This document shows positions 27,976-37,182 of a stretch of DNA of 64,000 nucleotides, in pieces. Source of the stretch: Deltaproteobacteria bacterium (GTDB lineage: Bacteria > Myxococcota > Kuafuiibacteriia > Kuafuiibacteriales > Kuafuiibacteriaceae); contig JAVJQW010000017.1 in NCBI GenBank assembly GCA_040218735.1, positions 64,001 to 128,000 of the forward strand, given 5' to 3'. The position numbers were made by a program, and so were the translations under genes. Every line of letters starts with the position of its first letter. Within the stretch, counting starts at the first letter, position 1. The notes beneath the pieces are model-generated. The model saw only the letters and a list, made by a program, of their open reading frames with translations, was not told where the DNA came from and made no database searches.

Positions 27976-28458
27976 CTATTCCGAGCCTTTGGTGCGCGAA
28001 AGTGCGCGGACGATCTTCCACTCCTCCGCGGTGACCGGCTGCACGGAGAGCCGGTTGCCCTTTCGCAGGAGCGACATCTCCTCCAGCCCCGGCGTCGTCT
28101 TCATGCGCGGGAGCGACACCGGGTGTTTGAACGGCTTGTCCGCCTTGATGTCGACCATGAACCAGCGCGGGTTCTCGGGGTCGCTCTTTTCGTCGTGGTA
28201 CTTCGACTTCGGATCGAACTGCGAGTCGTCCGGGTAGCCTTCGCGAAGGACGGTCGCCGTCCCCATGATCACCTGCGGGTTCACGCGCGAGTGATAGAAG
28301 AACACCTGGTCGCCCTTCTTGATCTCGTCGCGGAGGAGGTTGCGTGCCTGGTAGTTGCGGACGCCGTCCCAGGAGGTCGTCTGATCCTTCGACGCGAGGA
28401 GGTCATCCCAGGAGAAGGCTTCGGGTTCGCTCTTCATGAGCCAGTAGCGTTTGGGCAT
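27976..28458 (-). CDS. EVE domain protein
   Basis: YWLMKSEP, WDGVRNYQARN, RLSVQPV. Confidence 0.95.
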   Translation of the reverse strand: MPKRYWLMKSEPEAFSWDDLLASKDQTTSWDGVRNYQARNLLRDEIKKGDQVFFYHSRVNPQVIMGTATVLREGYPDDSQFDPKSKYHDEKSDPENPRWFMVDIKADKPFKHPVSLPRMKTTPGLEEMSLLRKGNRLSVQPVTAEEWKIVRALSRTKGSE

Positions 28459-28470
28459 CGAGTGGTCCTT

Positions 28471-29049
28471 TCAGCGGTTGTGGAGGCGCGGCTCGAGCGG
28501 CGCGTCGTCGATCACCCACGCCTCGTGCGCGGACACCTCCGCGAGGCGAGCCGCGACGACCTTCGGGTCGAAGATCGCTTCGGCGAGGTCGACGTACATC
28601 CGGTGGTGACGCGCCTCGCACGCGAGTAGTGAAGTGTACAGATCACGAAGCTGCGGATCTTCGAGCTCGGCCGCGAGGATCTTCATCCGCTCGCAGCTCC
28701 GCGCTTCGATCAACGCACAGCACAACAACGTATCGAGGAGTCGGTCGGGCTCCGTGGCGCGCACCACCGTCATGAGCTTGCCCGCGTACGGGCTGGGGCG
28801 CTGGCGTTTGTACTCGAGCCCCCGCGACTCCATCACGGTGAGCACCTGCTCGAAGTGCTCGAGCTCCTCCCGCGCCAGCTCCGACAGCGGACGCATGAGC
28901 GCCGTGTGCTGCGGGTAGCGAAAGATGAGGTTCACCGCGGTCGACGCGGCCTTCTTCTCGCAGTGCGCGTGGTCGAGGAGGATCTCGGGCATCGCGCCGA
29001 GCGCACGCTCGACCCACCCGCTCTCCGTCTCACCCGCCAGGTGCAGCAC
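28471..29049 (-). CDS. miaE: tRNA-(ms2io6A37) hydroxylase
   Basis: DHAHCEKKAA, EELEHF, IEARSCER, EARH di-iron motifs. Confidence 0.92.
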   Translation of the reverse strand: MLHLAGETESGWVERALGAMPEILLDHAHCEKKAASTAVNLIFRYPQHTALMRPLSELAREELEHFEQVLTVMESRGLEYKRQRPSPYAGKLMTVVRATEPDRLLDTLLCCALIEARSCERMKILAAELEDPQLRDLYTSLLACEARHHRMYVDLAEAIFDPKVVAARLAEVSAHEAWVIDDAPLEPRLHNR

Positions 29050-29125
29050 GGCCGAGTGACTAACGAAGGTGTCGCGTCGCGTGCAAGCTTCTACGATCCC
29101 GTCGGCGCGCACGCATTCCGATTGC

Positions 29126-30352
29126 TCAGAGCAACTCGTCCCGACCGCGCGCCGCCGCGACCGCCATCTCGACGCGGTCCGAGCCCCAGTACAGCGACGC
29201 AGGGCGGCCTTCGGCCCGCACCACGGTGGTCGGCGCGCCGAACGCCTCCGCTTCGACGGCCGCGTTCGTCGCGTCGAAGAGGGCCTGCTTCTGCTCCTTC
29301 GCGTTGGCGACGAGGGCGGGACCGTCGAAGCCACACTCCGTCGCGAGCGCTGCGACGACCTCGGGGTCCGAGATGTCGCGGTCCTCGCCCCAGTACGCCA
29401 CGAAGATCCGCTCGACGAGCTTCTTCGCCTCCGGGCTCTCGGTGCCGACCGCGAGCGTGACACGCAGCGGGAGGATCGAGTTCATCGGGAAACGCGACGG
29501 CCACCCGAACGGCGTCCCGAGCGCCTTCGCCTGACGCTGGAGGTCCGCCGCCATGAACGTGCGCTTCGACTCACTCATCTCGAAGAGCGGCACCATCACC
29601 TGCCCCACGGCCTTGAACACCGCGCCGAGCAGCATCGGGCGCCACGTCGCGTGCGCCCCGAACGAACGCGCCGCCCGAACCGTACCGAGGTACGCAAACG
29701 GGCTGGAGTAGTCGAAGAAGAAGTCCACCGGATGTGTGAAGTCACCGTTCGCTTCAATGGAACCGGGCGTCCCGCCGAGCGCAGCCTCGACGTGGCCCAT
29801 GCGGTCCTGGCCCCAGTAAAGCTCACCGTCGACGAAGAACGCGGGCGCGCCGAAGACACCCCGCTCGATCGCCTCGTCGGTGCGGCGGCGCAGATCGTCT
29901 TTCGTCGCCTGCTCGTCGATCTTCGCGAGCACTTCGGCGGCGTCGTGGCCCGTCTCGGTCAGGAGCGCACCGAGGACCTCGCGGTCCGAGATGTCACGAC
30001 CCTCGACCCAGTAGGCGCGGTAGATGCGGTGGATGAGGGGCATCGGGATGCCCGTCACGAGCACGGCACGCAGCGCCTCGACGCTCCGGAACGGGTGCCC
30101 CGACGGCATCGCGTACTCCGCGCCGAAGAGGTTCGCGTAGCGCTGCAGATCGTTGGCGTTGTGGCGCGCCTTCTCCGCACCGTGGGCTTCGAACAACCGC
30201 TGCGGCTGACCGACCGCGCGCAGGACGCCACCGAGTAACATCGGCTTCACCTCGAGCTTCGCGCCGGTGCGCTCGGCGAGCGCTTCGACCTGCGTCGAGG
30301 ACAGGTACGCGTAAGGGCAGGAGAAATCGAACCACCACTCGAGGGTCTTCAT
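29126..30352 (-). CDS. Tandem DsbA-like / HCCA isomerase (GST-kappa) double-domain protein
   Basis: FDFSCPYAYL...GVFGAP...WGQDR followed by FDYSSPFAYL...AFGAP...WGSDR. Confidence 0.9.
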   Translation of the reverse strand: MKTLEWWFDFSCPYAYLSSTQVEALAERTGAKLEVKPMLLGGVLRAVGQPQRLFEAHGAEKARHNANDLQRYANLFGAEYAMPSGHPFRSVEALRAVLVTGIPMPLIHRIYRAYWVEGRDISDREVLGALLTETGHDAAEVLAKIDEQATKDDLRRRTDEAIERGVFGAPAFFVDGELYWGQDRMGHVEAALGGTPGSIEANGDFTHPVDFFFDYSSPFAYLGTVRAARSFGAHATWRPMLLGAVFKAVGQVMVPLFEMSESKRTFMAADLQRQAKALGTPFGWPSRFPMNSILPLRVTLAVGTESPEAKKLVERIFVAYWGEDRDISDPEVVAALATECGFDGPALVANAKEQKQALFDATNAAVEAEAFGAPTTVVRAEGRPASLYWGSDRVEMAVAAARGRDELL

Positions 30353-30392
30353 TGCGGCTACCGCATACCACGTCATGCTACGGTCCCGCTCC

Positions 30393-30593
30393 ATGACGTT
30401 GCGAAACGTCCTGTACGCGGCGTTCTGCCTGGTGTGCCTTTTGGCCCTGACCTGGCCCGGCTATCCCATGTTCGGGAACCGCATCGATCCGCGGGTCCTC
30501 GGCCTGCCCTTCTCCCTGTTCTGGAACGTGCTGTGGATCCTGCTGTCGTTTGCGGCGATCGGCGCGTACCACGCCACGCGGCCGAGGCGCTGA
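30393..30593 (+). CDS. Small 2-TM partner of SSS transporter (DUF3311/DUF997-like)
   Basis: NRIDPRVLGLPFSLFW; directly upstream of the symporter. Confidence 0.85.
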   Translation: MTLRNVLYAAFCLVCLLALTWPGYPMFGNRIDPRVLGLPFSLFWNVLWILLSFAAIGAYHATRPRR

Positions 30594-30595
30594 CG

Positions 30596-32068
30596 ATGCC
30601 CTCCACGACCGTCGTCCTCGCGATCAGCGTCGGCTACCTCGTCGCGTGCCTCGCCCTCGGGATGTGGCCGAGCAAGAAGTCGAGCGCTTCCAGCGAAGGG
30701 TTCGTCGCGGGCGACCGCGGGCTCGGGCTGCTGCTGATGTACTTCATCACCGGCGCGACGATCTTCTCCGCGTTTGCGTTCCTCGGCGCGCCCGGCTGGG
30801 CGTACTCGAAGGGCGCCGCCGGCTTCTACATCCTCGGCTACGGCGCGCTCGGGTTGGTGCCGTTCTACTTCATCGGTCCGCGCGCTTCGCGTGTCGGTCG
30901 TGAGTACGGCTTCGTCACGCAGGCGCAGATGATGTCGGTGCGCTTCGACATGCCGGCGATCGCGGGGATGATGGCGATCGTCAGCATCGTCGCGTTCGTG
31001 CCCTACCTCGCGCTGCAGATGCAGGGCGCCGGTTACGTCGTCGAGACGATGACCAACGGCGACGTGCCCGCGTGGTCGGGGGCCCTCGTCGTGTACGTGG
31101 TCGTGACGGCGTACGTCCTCAAGAGCGGCGTGCTCGGCGTGGGGTGGACCAACACGTTCCAGGGCATCTTCATGATGGCGCTCGCGTGGGGGCTCGGGCT
31201 GTACCTCCCACACGAGCTGTACGGCGGGATCGACGAGCTGTTCGCGCGCATCGCGGCCGAGCGCCCGGATCATCTGCTCGCGCCGGGGAAGACGTCGGCG
31301 GGTCAGCCGTGGTCGTGGTCGGAGTACTCGTCGGCGGTGATCATTTCGATCGTCGGCTTCTCGATGTGGCCGCACCTGTTCATGAAGTCGTTCACGGCGA
31401 AGAGCGAGGAGACGATTCGCCGCACGGTGCTGCTGTACCCGACGTTTCAGATCTTCTTGGTGCCGCTCTTCATCATCGGCTTCTGCGGCGTGTTCTTCGA
31501 GCCGCCGCCGGCACGTGCGGATCAGATCCTCCCGCACATCCTGATGAACACGCAGATCCCGTCGGTGATCGTCGGGCTGTTCTGCGCGGGTGCGCTCGCC
31601 GCGTCGATGTCGTCCGGCGACGCGATGGCCCACGCCGCAGCGTCGATCGCCGTGCGCGACGGCGTCGTCGAAGCCGCGAAGAAGAAACTCGAGCCGAACG
31701 CCGAACGACGCTGGATTCGCATCGTCGTCGTGCTCGTGATGATCGCCGCGTACGGCGTGGCGATCGTCTACAAGGGCTCGCTCGTGTTCCTGCTGCTGAC
31801 CACGTACGGCGCGGTCGTGCAGTTCGCCCCGGGCGTGCTCGCGTGCCTCTACCTCCCGCGCGTGCGCGGACGTTCGGTGCTCGCGGGGATGATCGCGGGC
31901 TCCGCCGTCACGGGCGTCTTCGTCGCGTTCCCGGAGTGGAGGCCGTTCGCGATCCACGCGGGCGCGTACGGACTCGTCGTGAACGTCGTCGTGTTGGCGC
32001 TCGTGAACCTGGGCGCGACCGCGCGCGACGAGGCCCGACGTTTCGTCGAGATCGCCGCGCGCGAATAA
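30596..32068 (+). CDS. Sodium:solute symporter
   Basis: SAFAFLGAPG, AASMSS, about 13 TM segments. Confidence 0.92.
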   Translation: MPSTTVVLAISVGYLVACLALGMWPSKKSSASSEGFVAGDRGLGLLLMYFITGATIFSAFAFLGAPGWAYSKGAAGFYILGYGALGLVPFYFIGPRASRVGREYGFVTQAQMMSVRFDMPAIAGMMAIVSIVAFVPYLALQMQGAGYVVETMTNGDVPAWSGALVVYVVVTAYVLKSGVLGVGWTNTFQGIFMMALAWGLGLYLPHELYGGIDELFARIAAERPDHLLAPGKTSAGQPWSWSEYSSAVIISIVGFSMWPHLFMKSFTAKSEETIRRTVLLYPTFQIFLVPLFIIGFCGVFFEPPPARADQILPHILMNTQIPSVIVGLFCAGALAASMSSGDAMAHAAASIAVRDGVVEAAKKKLEPNAERRWIRIVVVLVMIAAYGVAIVYKGSLVFLLLTTYGAVVQFAPGVLACLYLPRVRGRSVLAGMIAGSAVTGVFVAFPEWRPFAIHAGAYGLVVNVVVLALVNLGATARDEARRFVEIAARE

Positions 32069-32089
32069 CCCACGGAGGTCCGCGAAGTC

Positions 32090-32539
32090 CTACTCTTCGC
32101 TCGCGCCGCTCTGCCCGCCGGTCGACTCCACGGCCTTGCCGGTGTCGCCGGTCTCGAGGCGGACGGCATCGCCGCTCGCCGCGCCGGTCGTGGTCTGGGT
32201 CTGCGCCTTGTTGCCGACCTCGGCCGCGACCTGCGCTTCGACGCGCGCGGCGTCGGTCTTCGGCGGCGCGACGTTCTCGGCGCCGGCGCGGGCCTGCGTG
32301 AGGTTCGTCTGGTTGCGGGCGCCGATCCCGTTGAAGGTCCGGACTTCCTTGTGCGCGTCGGCGCGAATCTCGTTCTTCACGGCGACGTTGTTGTCCTGGA
32401 GGCGCACGACGCTATCGGAGATGGCGATCGTGTTGTCGGCCTCGCGGGAGCGGGTATCGGTGGTGGCGCTATCGAGCGACTGGGTCGCATCGATGGCGGC
32501 GGTGGTGTTGACGACGTTGGCGTTGATCTGAAGGGCCAT
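32090..32539 (-). CDS. Hypothetical Ala/Thr/Asn-rich protein (149 aa)
   Basis: Clean codon usage; sigma54-like promoter immediately upstream. Confidence 0.7.
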   Translation of the reverse strand: MALQINANVVNTTAAIDATQSLDSATTDTRSREADNTIAISDSVVRLQDNNVAVKNEIRADAHKEVRTFNGIGARNQTNLTQARAGAENVAPPKTDAARVEAQVAAEVGNKAQTQTTTGAASGDAVRLETGDTGKAVESTGGQSGASEE

Positions 32540-32551
32540 GCCGACGTGTAG

Positions 32552-32567
32552 AGCAAGGTCCGGGCCG
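32552..32567 (-). promoter_or_regulatory. Sigma54 -24/-12 promoter
   Basis: CGGCCCGGACCTTGCT, 12 bp before ATG 32539. Confidence 0.6.
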
Positions 32568-32639
32568 ATCCGACATGGCTCGGATCGACCCGGACCCCAC
32601 CGCCCGGGGAGGGGCGAGTTGCGGATCCTGCAACGGGGC

Positions 32640-33836
32640 TCAGAGCGGCCGGGCCTCCAGCGCCTGGAGCGCCTCCAGCGCGTGCGCGGCGTGGGGGCCT
32701 TCGGGCGCCAACGCGAGGTACCGGCGGTACTCGGCGGCGGCCTCGGCGGGCCGCTCGCGCTCCGCGAGGGCGACGGCGAGCGCGTGACGCGCCGGGGCGT
32801 AGTCCGGGTCGGCCTCCAACGCGCGGCGGAACTGCACTTCGGCGGCGTAGGGTTTGTCGAGCGCCTGGTATGCGCGCCCCATCCCGACGAAGGCGGGCGC
32901 GGGGTCCCGCCCCGACTCGGCGACCGCCTCGAACGCGAGCAGCGCATCCCACGGCTGGTCGAGCGCGAGGAGGTCCTCGCCGAGCTGCAGCGCCGGCGGC
33001 GCGTCGTCGTCCACGCGATCGGTGGCGCGCGCCTCCACCGCGGTCGAGGCGCCAAGGTCCTTCAAACGCGTGCCGCGCGGCGCGGCACGCGAGCGGTGGA
33101 CGGCCGGCGCCGAAGCGGATGTCGAATCGGGCGCGAAGTTGGAAGGAGCCGCCTCATCAGCCGCCGCGACGCGCTTCGGCGCAGCACGCGAGCCCGAAGG
33201 AACCATCGAAGACGCCGCGTCCGGCCCGGCCGCCGCGACGCGCTTCGGCGCCGCCCGCGAGCCCGAAGGAGCCGTCACAGACGCCGCCTCCTGATCGGCC
33301 GCCGCGACGCGCTTCGGCGCCGCCCGCTCGCCCGGCCCGGCCTTCACGGGCGCCGCCTGCGGGTCAGGCGCTCCCGTCACCGGCGCTGCCGTCAGTCCGA
33401 CCGGCGCGACGTGTTCGCTCGTACTCGATCGCGAGTCGGGCACAGGTTCCGCGATCTCAGGGGCCTGCTCGGGCGCCTCCACAGCATCTCCGCGCTCGGC
33501 CGGCGCTTCATCCTCCGCGACGCCCACCGGGATCGCAGCGGCGTCCGGCTCGAGCCCGAACCCTTCGCCGTCGAGGAGCGGCGACACGGCGGGGACGTCC
33601 GCGAGCGGCTCACCGACCTGCAGCGCCGCGTCGACCTGCGCGGCGACGTGCGAGCCGCGCTCGGCGATCGCCACGATGCCAAGGGCCACCACGGCGACGG
33701 ACGTCGCGAAGACCAAGCCTCGCGTGAGGCGCCGCTGCCAGACGAACCGCCGGATCATGCGTTCGGCGTCCTCGGCGCGCAGCCTTCGGCGTTCGTGGGT
33801 GTGAAGATCGACGGGGAAGCTCGGGAGCGTGTTCAT
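32640..33836 (-). CDS. Membrane-anchored TPR protein with repeat-containing linker
   Basis: GGAGG RBS, one TM helix, three RAAPKRVAAA repeats, C-terminal TPRs. Confidence 0.8.
   Translation of the reverse strand: MNTLPSFPVDLHTHERRRLRAEDAERMIRRFVWQRRLTRGLVFATSVAVVALGIVAIAERGSHVAAQVDAALQVGEPLADVPAVSPLLDGEGFGLEPDAAAIPVGVAEDEAPAERGDAVEAPEQAPEIAEPVPDSRSSTSEHVAPVGLTAAPVTGAPDPQAAPVKAGPGERAAPKRVAAADQEAASVTAPSGSRAAPKRVAAAGPDAASSMVPSGSRAAPKRVAAADEAAPSNFAPDSTSASAPAVHRSRAAPRGTRLKDLGASTAVEARATDRVDDDAPPALQLGEDLLALDQPWDALLAFEAVAESGRDPAPAFVGMGRAYQALDKPYAAEVQFRRALEADPDYAPARHALAVALAERERPAEAAAEYRRYLALAPEGPHAAHALEALQALEARPL
33144..33326. repeat. 69-bp coding tandem repeat, about 2.5 copies
   Basis: GCCGCGACGCGCTTCGGCGC at 33163, 33232 and 33301. 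Confidence 0.85.
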
Positions 33837-33878
33837 GGCGAGTACCTCCAGCGCGCGTCGCGCTCGCAGGTCTCCAAC

Positions 33879-33894
33879 AGCACACGCCGGGCCA
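33879..33894 (-). promoter_or_regulatory. Putative sigma54 promoter
   Basis: TGGCCCGGCGTGTGCT upstream of ATG 33836. Confidence 0.45.
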
Positions 33895-33991
33895 GCGCGA
33901 CTTCGGGCTCGAATCGTTCGTGATCTGTCGTGGGACGCACCAGGTGAGGCGATCGGTCACGGGCGCGCTGGGACCGAACGACGCTCTGACC

Positions 33992-35605
33992 TCACCGAAA
34001 CAAGGTCAGCGCCTCCCGCGCGGCTTCCACGAGCGGAGCTTGCGCGACCGCACGCGCATCACGCAGGACGGCACGCATCGTCTTGTTCGCCGCGTCAACG
34101 TCGCCCTCCGCCCAGGCGGCCCACGCGCTCCCGTAGCGCGCGTAGAGGTCCTCGCCGGGGCTCGGTCCCGAACGCGCCGCTTCCACGTACGCCTTTCGGG
34201 CTTCCGCCGCGCGTCCGCGCAAGAAGTGAACGTCGCCCACTTGCAACAACACTCGCCGCCGCGACGCCGCAACTTCGGTTGCGTCATGACCGTCGGGCGG
34301 AGCGTCGTACACCGCGAGGGCGCGTTCGAGCCACGGGAGCGCCCGCTCGTGCGCAGGGTTCCAAAGCGCCGCGATGCGGAGGATCTCCGCCACCGCGATC
34401 GGGTCTCGCGTTGGGGGGCGCGGCGATTCGAGGATCACTTCCGCGTCCAACGCCGCGACGATCCGCCACGTGTCGGCGTTGCTCGCGTCGACCGCGGACA
34501 CACACGGCGTCGCCGCGTCCTCGCCAGCGAGGCGCCAGGCGGCTTCGAGCCGAACGACGCGCGCCCTCCGCTGAAAGTCCTCGACGAAGATGGCCTGCCG
34601 CCGCGCCTCTTCGCTTCGAATGATCGTCGCGAAGTCCCGCCACTGCTCGGCCTCCTGTTGGCCGTAGGTGATCAGCGAAGCGTCCTCGAGACCTTCGAGC
34701 TCCGCCTTTGCGCGCGCCGAACGCGCCTCGAGGCGTGCGAGGCGGACGTGCGTCGGAGGCGGGGCCACTTCGAACGCCGGGTCGAGGATCGCCCCCGCCA
34801 GCTCGACGGCCTCCGAGAGCACGCACTGTCGAAGCCGCACGGCGGCGCGCAGCACCGCCACCTCCGGAGTGCGCCGAGGGTCGAGGCCCTGCATCGCGTC
34901 CCACGCGGCGTCGTCGTTACCGGAACGGTAGTGCGCCCAAGCGCGCTCGATGTGGCGCGGATCGTCGGAAGCGGCGTCCGAGAGGATCGTGGTGTACCGC
35001 GCGACGCTCGCCTCGAAGTCTCCGGCTTCGTAGTCCAGACGAGCGAGCGCGCTCTCGGCTTCGCTCGCGACATCGGCTTGCCCCTTGCGGCGGGCGACCT
35101 CGCCGGCGTTCTCGAAGTGCTTCCGTCCTGCGATCGCATCGCGGCGATGTCCGGCGGCGATCAGGCCCATGCGAAACTGCGCGCGCGGGTAGTGCTCGGA
35201 GCTCGCGGGTACCTCTTCGAGGTGGGCGATGGCCGCCTCGCTGTCGCCCTTCCGCGCGTCGTGCGAACCCAACGCGTAGTGCGCCCACGTCCGCTGTTCG
35301 GCGGACAGCGGCAGCTTCCACAGCCGCGCGCCGATGTTCGCCTCGAGCCAGACGGGCAGGACGAGGCGGTCGTCGATTCGCCGCCCGACCTCGACGAGCA
35401 AGACCTCCGCCCGCGTGCGGGCGGGGCCCGGTTTCGATCGCCCCACCTGAGACATCAACAGCCGCATCGCGACGTGGAGGCGATCGTCGTCCATGAGGTC
35501 CCGCGCACGGGCCTCGAGCGGTTGGATCGCGACGCGACGTTCGTGTCTCGGCGTCGCGCAGCCGACGAGCGCGACCAAAGAGAGTCCGAGCCACAGCTTC
35601 TGCAC
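33992..35605 (-). CDS. TPR lipoprotein, divergent GltC-like with GltD-like C-terminus
   Basis: Lipobox LVGC; colinear motif matches to this window's GltC and GltD (see findings). Confidence 0.7.
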   Translation of the reverse strand: MQKLWLGLSLVALVGCATPRHERRVAIQPLEARARDLMDDDRLHVAMRLLMSQVGRSKPGPARTRAEVLLVEVGRRIDDRLVLPVWLEANIGARLWKLPLSAEQRTWAHYALGSHDARKGDSEAAIAHLEEVPASSEHYPRAQFRMGLIAAGHRRDAIAGRKHFENAGEVARRKGQADVASEAESALARLDYEAGDFEASVARYTTILSDAASDDPRHIERAWAHYRSGNDDAAWDAMQGLDPRRTPEVAVLRAAVRLRQCVLSEAVELAGAILDPAFEVAPPPTHVRLARLEARSARAKAELEGLEDASLITYGQQEAEQWRDFATIIRSEEARRQAIFVEDFQRRARVVRLEAAWRLAGEDAATPCVSAVDASNADTWRIVAALDAEVILESPRPPTRDPIAVAEILRIAALWNPAHERALPWLERALAVYDAPPDGHDATEVAASRRRVLLQVGDVHFLRGRAAEARKAYVEAARSGPSPGEDLYARYGSAWAAWAEGDVDAANKTMRAVLRDARAVAQAPLVEAAREALTLFR

Positions 35606-35673
35606 GGAGCGAACGGTACACACGTCGCGTAGGCCGGCAACGTGCGGTGGCGACGGATGTCGCAGTCGACGCG

Positions 35674-37182
35674 CTACCCGCGTTTATCGGTGGTCTTGCG
35701 CGTCTTCTTCTTCTTGCCGGCCTTGCGCGCACGCTTCACGGCGGTGGCCTGCTTCTTCGGGTTGTACTGCGCCTTCTTCTTCCCGCGCTCGGCCGGCTTC
35801 TTCTTCTCCTTCTCCTTGTGGCTGCGGTAGCCGACGAGGAGCGGGATGCCGTCGAAGCCGTACGCTTTCCGCAGCTCGTTGATGAGGTAGCGGCGGTAGC
35901 TGTAGTGGATGAGCTTCGGGTCGTTGACCGAGATCAAGAACCGCGGCGGGCGCACGTCGATCTGCGTGACGTAGTAGATGCGCCCCTGCTTGCCCTTCTT
36001 CGAGGGCGGCGGGTGCCGGTCCATCAGCTCCTCGACGAACTTGTTGAGCTTCCCGGTCGTGATGCGCCGCCCGTACTCCTTGTGCACCTTCTTCGCGGTG
36101 GGGAGGAGCCGGTCGACGCCCTCCCCCGTGTGCGCGCTGGTGAACACCACCGGCGCGTACGCCAGGTGCGGTAGCTCTTCGCGGAGTTTGTCGCTGATCT
36201 CCTTCTTCGTCTTGCCCGACACCGCGTCCCACTTGGACACGACGAGGATCACCGCCTTGCCCTTCTCGTAGGCAAACGCGGAGACCTTCGCGTCCTGGTT
36301 GGCGACGTCTTCGGTCGCGTCGAGCAAGAGCAGCGCGACGTCGGATCGTTCGAGCCCCTTGAGCGCCGCGATCACCGAGAACTTCTCGACGCGCATCGCG
36401 ATGGAGCGCTTCCGGCGAATGCCGGCGGTGTCGATGAACAGGTACTCCTGGTCCTGGTGCAGGACGAGCGAGTCGACGGAGTCCACCGTCGTCCCTGCGA
36501 CCTCCGAGACGAGGTGGCGGTCCTCGCCGAGCATCCGGTTGATCAGCGACGACTTGCCCGCGTTCGGTCGGCCGATCACCGCGATTCGGATCGGGCCAGT
36601 GGCGTCGCTCGGGTCCTCGCCGGGGGATGGGAGCTCGTCGACCAGCCCCATCTCGTCGATCGGCGTGGGGAGACGATCCGCGATCATCTCTTCGAGCTCA
36701 CCGACGTTGCGCCCGTGCGCGGCGCTGATCGGGAGCATGTCGGGCAGCCCCAAACCGTAGAAGTCGTGCAGCAAGTCTTCTTGCTTCGGGCCGTCGATCT
36801 TGTTGACGCCGACGACCACCGGCTTGCCGCTCTTGCGCAGCATCTTCGCGACGTCGTGGTCCTCCGGCGAGATGCCGACGCGGCCGTCGGTCAGGAAGAT
36901 CATCGCGTCCGCTTCGTCGATCGCGAGCTGCGTCTGCTCGACGACACGACGCATGATCGGATCGTCCGAAGTCGGATCGAACCCGCCGGTGTCGACGAGC
37001 ACCACGTCGACCGAGCCGCGGGTGCCGTCCAGCGTGGCGTCCGCGTAGATGCGGTCGCGCGTCACGCCGGGCATGTCCGCGACGATCGAGCGCTGCGCCT
37101 TGAGGAACCGGTTGAACAGCCGCGACTTCCCGACGTTCGGGCGCCCCACGATCGCGACGATCGGCTTGCCGCCTTCCATCAC
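35674..37182 (-). CDS. der: Ribosome biogenesis GTPase Der
   Basis: Two G domains GRPNVGKS / GRPNAGKS, DTGG / DTAG, KH-like C-terminal domain. Confidence 0.97.
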   Translation of the reverse strand: MMEGGKPIVAIVGRPNVGKSRLFNRFLKAQRSIVADMPGVTRDRIYADATLDGTRGSVDVVLVDTGGFDPTSDDPIMRRVVEQTQLAIDEADAMIFLTDGRVGISPEDHDVAKMLRKSGKPVVVGVNKIDGPKQEDLLHDFYGLGLPDMLPISAAHGRNVGELEEMIADRLPTPIDEMGLVDELPSPGEDPSDATGPIRIAVIGRPNAGKSSLINRMLGEDRHLVSEVAGTTVDSVDSLVLHQDQEYLFIDTAGIRRKRSIAMRVEKFSVIAALKGLERSDVALLLLDATEDVANQDAKVSAFAYEKGKAVILVVSKWDAVSGKTKKEISDKLREELPHLAYAPVVFTSAHTGEGVDRLLPTAKKVHKEYGRRITTGKLNKFVEELMDRHPPPSKKGKQGRIYYVTQIDVRPPRFLISVNDPKLIHYSYRRYLINELRKAYGFDGIPLLVGYRSHKEKEKKKPAERGKKKAQYNPKKQATAVKRARKAGKKKKTRKTTDKRG

